Translations under genes and position numbers: made by a program
Source of the DNA: Bacteroidota bacterium
Lineage (GTDB): Bacteria; Bacteroidota; Bacteroidia; J057; JAJTIE01
Assembly (NCBI GenBank): GCA_021300195.1
Contig: JAJTIE010000021.1
Span: forward strand, 2,120 to 66,119
Direction: 5' to 3'
Length of the DNA: 64,000 nucleotides
Shown here: positions 58,771-64,000 of the stretch, in pieces
How the letters are laid out: each line of letters starts with the position of its first letter
Numbering within the stretch: position 1 is the first letter of the stretch
Notes under the pieces: model-generated
The model's input: the letters and a program-made list of their open reading frames with translations, nothing else
Databases searched by the model: none
What the model was told of the DNA's origin: nothing

Positions 58771-61437
58771 GTGAAAGAGAACCGGTTTAAGAAAGCTGAG
58801 CCGACAGAAAGCCCCGAAAAGAGCCGCAGCCGGGCCGCCACACCCAGGCTAACGGGAGAGAACTGGGAAAAAATACGCAAGACAGCCGGAGCCTTCCTGA
58901 TGCTCTTTAGCCTGTTCTTGCTTATCAGCATCATCAGCCACATCCTGTACGCCGGCAGTAGCGACCAGAGTGCCCTGCTGGCCGAGCCCACTACCGTATC
59001 CAACCAGGGTGGATGGTTTGGTGCCTACTTCAGTACGCTCTTTGTTACACGGGGCTTTGGCTACATCGCCATTTTGCTTCCCTTCTATTTTGCGCTGCTG
59101 GGCTACGCCCTCTTCGAGGGGAAGTACTGGGGTGCCGTGCGGCGCTTTCTGGCCCCCCTCAGCTTCTGGCTCTACTGGGTATCTGTCACCCTGGCCTTTT
59201 TTACCCTGGCGGTTGGCGGCAGCTCGCAAGACTGGGGCGGCGGCATCGGCCTCTTCCTGGCCGAGCTGCTGCGGCAGTACATAGGCCTCTTTGGGCTTGG
59301 CTTCCTGGTAGCCTTCAGTCTCTTCACCTATGTGGTGTTCAAGTACAATGACAAATGGGCATTCCTGGCCTTTGCCCGGCCCTGGGTAGCCCGTATGCAG
59401 AAAAGACTGGTGCAAGAGGTAGCAGAGATAGAGCAGCCTGCCAGTGGCGAAAATGTAGCCCGCCCCCCAAAACCAGCCACCGAGGCTGCTGAGGGCGAAG
59501 AAGACGTGCTGGAAGACGAGTTCTTCATCACCGTAAAGAAAGCCGAACCCAGGCCGGGCTCCACAGCACCTGTAACTGCCGAACCGGAGTTTGAGGTGAT
59601 CCGAAAGCCAAAGCCGGAGTTCTTGAAACCCGCCCACCTGGTGCAGGATGAGCTGGAACTGGCGCTAAGCCCCGAAATGCTGGAGCAGTACCGAATGGAG
59701 GGAAAAGCAAACCACGCAGCCGAAGGCGAACTGCCCTTTGAGATAGAAGTGCCCCAAAGAAACCCGCAGCACACACCTGGGGCCGGGCTCCAGTTCAGCA
59801 TAGAGCTGCCCGAACCCAGGCCCCTTGCGGGCGACAACATACAGGAGGTGGGGGCCGAACGCTACGAGAAGATCATTGCCCCGGAAGACCAAGCCCTGCT
59901 AGCCGATGGCGAAACCGTGGAGGATGAACTGTACGATCCGCGCAAAGACCTCAGCCAATACCGCTTCCCCACGCTAGAGCTGCTAGATGTGCGCGAGAAC
60001 CCCCAGGGGGCCGAGGTAAACCGCGAAGAACTGGAGGCCAACAAAAACAAGATCGTAAAAACCCTGGCCGACTACAGCATCGACATCGTGTCGATCAAAG
60101 CCACCATTGGCCCCACAGTAACCCTCTACGAGATTGTGCCGGCACCCGGCATCCGCATCAGCAAGATCAAAAACCTGGAGGATGACATTGCCCTCAGCCT
60201 GGCGGCCATGGGCATCCGCATCATAGCACCCATGCCGGGCAAGGGTACCATCGGCATAGAGATCCCCAACAGCAAACCGGAGATCGTGGATTTTCGCAGC
60301 CTGCTCGCCACCGAGAAGTTTCGAAACACCCCGGCAGAGCTGCCCATTGCCATTGGCAAGACCATCTCCAACGAGGTGTATATAGCCGACCTGGCCAAGA
60401 TGCCCCACCTGCTGGTAGCAGGGGCCACCGGCCAGGGCAAGTCGGTGGGGCTAAACTGCATCCTGGCCTCGCTGCTGTACAAGAAGCACCCCAGCCAGGT
60501 AAAGTTTGTACTGATAGACCCCAAGAAGGTAGAGATGACGCTGTACCAGCAGCTGGAGAAGCACTTCCTGGCCAAGCTGCCCAACTATGAGGAGTCTATT
60601 ATTACGGACAACAAGCAGGTAATCCATGTACTGAACAGCCTGTGCATTGAGATGGACAACCGCTATGAGCTGCTGAAAGAGGCCCGGGTACGCGCCCTGA
60701 GTGAGTACAATGCCAAGTTCCAGAGCCGTAAGCTGAACCCGCAGAAGGGCCATGCCTTCTTGCCCTACATCGTACTGGTGATAGACGAGCTGGCCGACCT
60801 GATGATGACGGCAGGCAAAGAGATAGAAACCCCCATAGCCCGCCTGGCCCAGCTGGCACGCGCCGTGGGCATCCACCTGGTGGTGGCCACCCAGCGCCCC
60901 AGTGTCAATGTCATTACCGGTACCATCAAGGCAAACTTCCCCACCCGCATGAGCTACCGGGTGATAAGCAAAGTAGACAGCCGCACCATCCTGGATGCCA
61001 ACGGGGCCGAGCAACTGATTGGCCGTGGAGATGTACTGTACTTCAATGGTAGCGAGCTGATACGCCTGCAAAATGCGTTTATAGACACGCACGAGGTAGA
61101 CCGGGTGGTGCAGCACATAGCCCTGCAGCAGGGCTATCCGCAGGCCTACCTGCTGCCGGAGTATAGCGGAGACGAGGATGCACTGGAGGGTGAGGCGCTG
61201 GACCCGAATGAGATGGACAGCATGTTTGCCGATGCGGCCCGGCTGGTAGTAAGCATGCAGCTGGGCAGCACCAGCCTGCTGCAGCGGCGGCTAAAGCTGG
61301 GCTACAACCGCGCTGGCCGCATCATGGACCAGCTGGAGCGGGCAGGCATAGTGGGGCCAGGCTCGGGCAGCAAGCCGAGAGAGGTGCTGGTGGGGAGTGA
61401 GTATGAGCTGGAGGAATACCTGTCCTCACTCGTTTAG
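58771..61437 (+). CDS. ftsK: DNA translocase FtsK
   Basis: 888 aa. N-terminal TM segments, acidic/Pro linker, motor domain with HLLVAGATGQGKS (Walker A) and VLVIDELADL, and a C-terminal gamma (winged-helix) domain. Confidence 0.95.
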   Translation: MKENRFKKAEPTESPEKSRSRAATPRLTGENWEKIRKTAGAFLMLFSLFLLISIISHILYAGSSDQSALLAEPTTVSNQGGWFGAYFSTLFVTRGFGYIAILLPFYFALLGYALFEGKYWGAVRRFLAPLSFWLYWVSVTLAFFTLAVGGSSQDWGGGIGLFLAELLRQYIGLFGLGFLVAFSLFTYVVFKYNDKWAFLAFARPWVARMQKRLVQEVAEIEQPASGENVARPPKPATEAAEGEEDVLEDEFFITVKKAEPRPGSTAPVTAEPEFEVIRKPKPEFLKPAHLVQDELELALSPEMLEQYRMEGKANHAAEGELPFEIEVPQRNPQHTPGAGLQFSIELPEPRPLAGDNIQEVGAERYEKIIAPEDQALLADGETVEDELYDPRKDLSQYRFPTLELLDVRENPQGAEVNREELEANKNKIVKTLADYSIDIVSIKATIGPTVTLYEIVPAPGIRISKIKNLEDDIALSLAAMGIRIIAPMPGKGTIGIEIPNSKPEIVDFRSLLATEKFRNTPAELPIAIGKTISNEVYIADLAKMPHLLVAGATGQGKSVGLNCILASLLYKKHPSQVKFVLIDPKKVEMTLYQQLEKHFLAKLPNYEESIITDNKQVIHVLNSLCIEMDNRYELLKEARVRALSEYNAKFQSRKLNPQKGHAFLPYIVLVIDELADLMMTAGKEIETPIARLAQLARAVGIHLVVATQRPSVNVITGTIKANFPTRMSYRVISKVDSRTILDANGAEQLIGRGDVLYFNGSELIRLQNAFIDTHEVDRVVQHIALQQGYPQAYLLPEYSGDEDALEGEALDPNEMDSMFADAARLVVSMQLGSTSLLQRRLKLGYNRAGRIMDQLERAGIVGPGSGSKPREVLVGSEYELEEYLSSLV

Positions 61438-61523
61438 CCTGCCGGGCCCCGGCCCTCATCCATTCCTCATCCATTTTGGCACGGGTTTTGCCGCCTATCG
61501 GGAGAACATTGTGAATCATCTAT

Positions 61524-61531
61524 TACCTTTG
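61524..61531 (+). promoter_or_regulatory. candidate -7 box TACCTTTG immediately upstream of lolA-like gene (near-leaderless)
   Basis: Perfect TAnnTTTG ending 6 nt before the ATG at 61538. Confidence 0.3.
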
Positions 61532-61537
61532 TAAGCC

Positions 61538-62164
61538 ATGAAGAAACCGATCCTTGCCGCTTTTGGGCTGATCCTGCTAGGACTGCTTACCTTTGTTTTT
61601 GCACAGAGCGATCCCCAGGCATCGGCCCTGCTACAGCAGAGCAACCGCAAGCTGAGCAGTGCAAGCGACCTGAAGGCCTCCTTCTCGCAGCAGCTGCTAC
61701 TGAAGGGCGTGGTAAAGGGTAGCCAGCAGGGCACTGTGTGGCTAAAGGGCAAGCAGTTTCGGGTGGAGATGAAAGACCAGACCCTGATAAGCAACGGGGT
61801 GAAAATGTGGCGGGTGCTGCCAGCAGACGGAGAATGCTACGAGGGTAAGTACAACCCGGACAACAGCTTCACCGCCGACCGAATGTTCAAGTTTAGCCAG
61901 AATGACACCAAGGCCAAGTATATAGAGGCCAACCACATCCAGCTCTTCCCCAAGGATAGCAAGAAGTACGACTGGTTTAAGATTGACCTGCTCTTTAACC
62001 CGGCCAACCAGCTACCCGCCAAGATGACGGTGTACAACCGCACCGGCACCCAAACGGTGTATACCATTGGCAGCCTGAACCTGAACACCGGCATAGGCGA
62101 CAGTTCCTTTCTGTACAGCGCGGCCCGCGACTGCCCGGGCGGGTGCGAGATGATACAAGACTAG
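61538..62164 (+). CDS. lolA: LolA-like outer-membrane lipoprotein carrier protein
   Basis: Signal peptide, a size of about 200 aa, and a position directly after ftsK as is typical in Bacteroidota. Confidence 0.7.
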   Translation: MKKPILAAFGLILLGLLTFVFAQSDPQASALLQQSNRKLSSASDLKASFSQQLLLKGVVKGSQQGTVWLKGKQFRVEMKDQTLISNGVKMWRVLPADGECYEGKYNPDNSFTADRMFKFSQNDTKAKYIEANHIQLFPKDSKKYDWFKIDLLFNPANQLPAKMTVYNRTGTQTVYTIGSLNLNTGIGDSSFLYSAARDCPGGCEMIQD

Positions 62165-62218
62165 TGGGCCTGGGCCTGGGGCGCGGTACACAGCAAACAG
62201 GCCGGGTGTACGCACCGC

Positions 62219-63451
62219 TTATATCTCGCTGGGCTCGTGGGCCAGCGGCAGCTCGATCCGGAAAACGGTGCCCTTATCCGGCTCGCTGTGCAGCACATAG
62301 ATTTTTCCGCCAAAAAAGCGCTGTACGATGCGTCGTGCCAGGCTAAGGCCCAGGCCCCAGCCCCGTTTCTTGGTGGTATAGCCCGGCTTGAAAACCGTCT
62401 TCTTCTTGCTGGCAGGTATCCCCCTACCCTGGTCTTCCACCTCAATACAAAGGGTGTGCTGCTTCAGCCAGGCACGCAGGCTGATAACCCCACTGCGGCC
62501 CGCCATGGCATCCAGGGCATTTTTCAGCAGGTTTTCTATCACCCAGTGAAAGAGGGTGGCATTTAGCAGGGCCTGGCAGCCTGCAGGTAGTCTGTCTTCG
62601 TAGTCAAAGCGCACCCTGGCCCGCCCAGAGCCACCCACGCGACTGCGGATGTACTCCACCGAATTATCCAGCAGCGGGCCTACCACCAGCGGTTCCAGCT
62701 TGGGGTCGCTACCTATCTTGCTAAAGCGCTCGGCTATAACCTGCAGATGCTGCACATCCCGGTCCATCTCATCGGCCAGGGCAGCGCCGTCGGGCTGCTG
62801 GCGCAGCAGTTCGGTCCAGGCCATCAGGCCCGATATGGGCGTGCCTAGCTGGTGGGCGGTCTCGCGGGCCAGGCCCACCCACAGCTTATTCTGCAGGCTG
62901 CGCTGGCTAACCCACAGGTAGCCCAGCACCATGGCCATAAACAGGCCTAGCACGCCCAGCATCAGGTAGGGATAGCTACGCAGGGCCCGCAGCTCGTCTG
63001 TCTCGCGGTAGTACAGGTACTGGCGGCTACCCGGCAGCTCTATCACAATGGGCCTACCCTGGGTATACTGCCGCATATCTGCCAGCTCGGCCTGCAGGCG
63101 GGCCTTGCGGCTTGGCTCATCCACGGTCTCCAGCTGGTCGAAGCTGTGGGTTACGATCTGTCCCCGCTCGTCCACCACAATGGCTGGCACACTAAGCGGG
63201 CGCTCGGCCCCCTGCTGCAGGATGAGTTTGTTTACCAGAAAGCTTGCCTCGGGGCTGGTGGCCGTATGTGTGGTGTCCTGTAGCTCGGTAAACAAAAACT
63301 CGTAGCTGGCGGCCCAGAAACGCACCAGCCGCTCCTCCTTGTCGGCCAGCCGCTGCACCAGCCGGTGGCTGTACCAGATGGCACCCGACACGATGAGGAG
63401 CGCCAGCAGCAGCAGCAGATAGACGAAACGAAAACGGATAGTAGGCCGCAT
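62219..63451 (-). CDS. sensor histidine kinase
   Basis: Two TM segments, H-box ETAHQLGTPISGL, N-box NLLKNALDAM, and G-boxes DQGRGIP and GWGLGLSLARRIV. No adjacent response regulator. Confidence 0.85.
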   Translation of the reverse strand: MRPTIRFRFVYLLLLLALLIVSGAIWYSHRLVQRLADKEERLVRFWAASYEFLFTELQDTTHTATSPEASFLVNKLILQQGAERPLSVPAIVVDERGQIVTHSFDQLETVDEPSRKARLQAELADMRQYTQGRPIVIELPGSRQYLYYRETDELRALRSYPYLMLGVLGLFMAMVLGYLWVSQRSLQNKLWVGLARETAHQLGTPISGLMAWTELLRQQPDGAALADEMDRDVQHLQVIAERFSKIGSDPKLEPLVVGPLLDNSVEYIRSRVGGSGRARVRFDYEDRLPAGCQALLNATLFHWVIENLLKNALDAMAGRSGVISLRAWLKQHTLCIEVEDQGRGIPASKKKTVFKPGYTTKKRGWGLGLSLARRIVQRFFGGKIYVLHSEPDKGTVFRIELPLAHEPSEI

Positions 63452-63481
63452 GGTAGACCAAAAGTACGGGTTTTGGTGCTG

Positions 63482-64000
63482 CTACCTGCGGCTAATGCGG
63501 ATGTGGAAGCTGCCATCCAGCACACTCACGTCCTGCTGCAGCAGGGGGTCGGAATAAACGCCGGTAAAGGTACCACGCAAGGCATCGCCCTCCTTGTGCG
63601 TAATCTCGGCATAGGTGATGATGCCATTGGCCGCGCCATTGGTTGCGATCTCAAAGGTGGGCAGGTCTGTCAGGCGGCTCTCGTGTAGCAGATAAAAGCG
63701 CGGCTGGGCATAGGCATAGTTTGCCGGCAGCGGTGTTTGGCCAAAAACATAGGGGATGGGCAGCTGGTCCAGGTCTATCCCTTCCAGCACGATGCTGTAC
63801 AGATAGGCGGGGCCGGGGCCTAGCACAGGGTCGTCTGCCAGCTGCTGGCTAGCACGGGTGAGGTATACGGTACCCTCGGCTGACACATAGTGCTGAGCCG
63901 TTTCTTGCCCCCAGTAGTTGTAGGGCTGCCGATAGCTAAAATAATTGTTCAAAAAATTGGCCTGAATAATCCCCTCGGGCAGTATGTTTACACCAGGGCC
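63482..64000 (-). CDS. hypothetical protein, 5' end outside window
   Basis: The frame stays open to the window edge beyond the TTG listed in the track. No recognised domain. Confidence 0.45.
   Translation of the reverse strand, partial: GPGVNILPEGIIQANFLNNYFSYRQPYNYWGQETAQHYVSAEGTVYLTRASQQLADDPVLGPGPAYLYSIVLEGIDLDQLPIPYVFGQTPLPANYAYAQPRFYLLHESRLTDLPTFEIATNGAANGIITYAEITHKEGDALRGTFTGVYSDPLLQQDVSVLDGSFHIRISRR

Overview
This is a high-GC chromosomal segment (GC judged by eye, not computed), almost certainly from a member of the Bacteroidota. The evidence is three T9SS C-terminal sorting domains (YPNPA... type), a DUF1573 protein, ftsK-lolA adjacency, a ribosomal protein bTHX gene, and TAnnTTTG -7 boxes upstream of several genes. 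I can support about 55 protein genes, and most are housekeeping. They cover translation and tRNA modification (rplS, trmD, trhO, rpmE, bTHX, gluQ, cca, nrnA), central metabolism (thiolase, 2-oxoacid dehydrogenase E2, sucC, acyl-CoA carboxyltransferase, aroC, dapD, upp, ansA, rfbB) and energy (nuoM-like subunit, H+/Na+-pyrophosphatase). The rest are proteostasis genes (clpB, trxA, FKBP), division genes (ftsK, lolA) and envelope or secreted proteins. I found no rRNA, tRNA, CRISPR array, transposase, integrase or phage gene, and no recognisable defence or biosynthetic cluster. I cannot honestly point to a convincing new multi-gene system in this window. The items most worth a second look are: (1) a 57-codon bTHX gene missing from the ORF track, in a same-strand trio with an Arg/Glu-rich unknown protein and L31. 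(2) A tandem pair of uncharacterised T9SS cargo paralogs, one broken by an in-frame TGA and a C-run frameshift. (3) An ECF sigma factor split by one extra A, although it is still stop/start-coupled to its downstream membrane partner and an OMP gene. (4) A decayed gene with a C10 tract immediately upstream of a polysaccharide flippase. (5) An isolated nuoM-like gene. (6) A ferritin gene coupled by TGATG to an Smr-domain gene. Most long ORFs antisense to the listed genes look like high-GC shadow ORFs. All homology calls come from motif recognition by eye and need HMM or BLAST confirmation.
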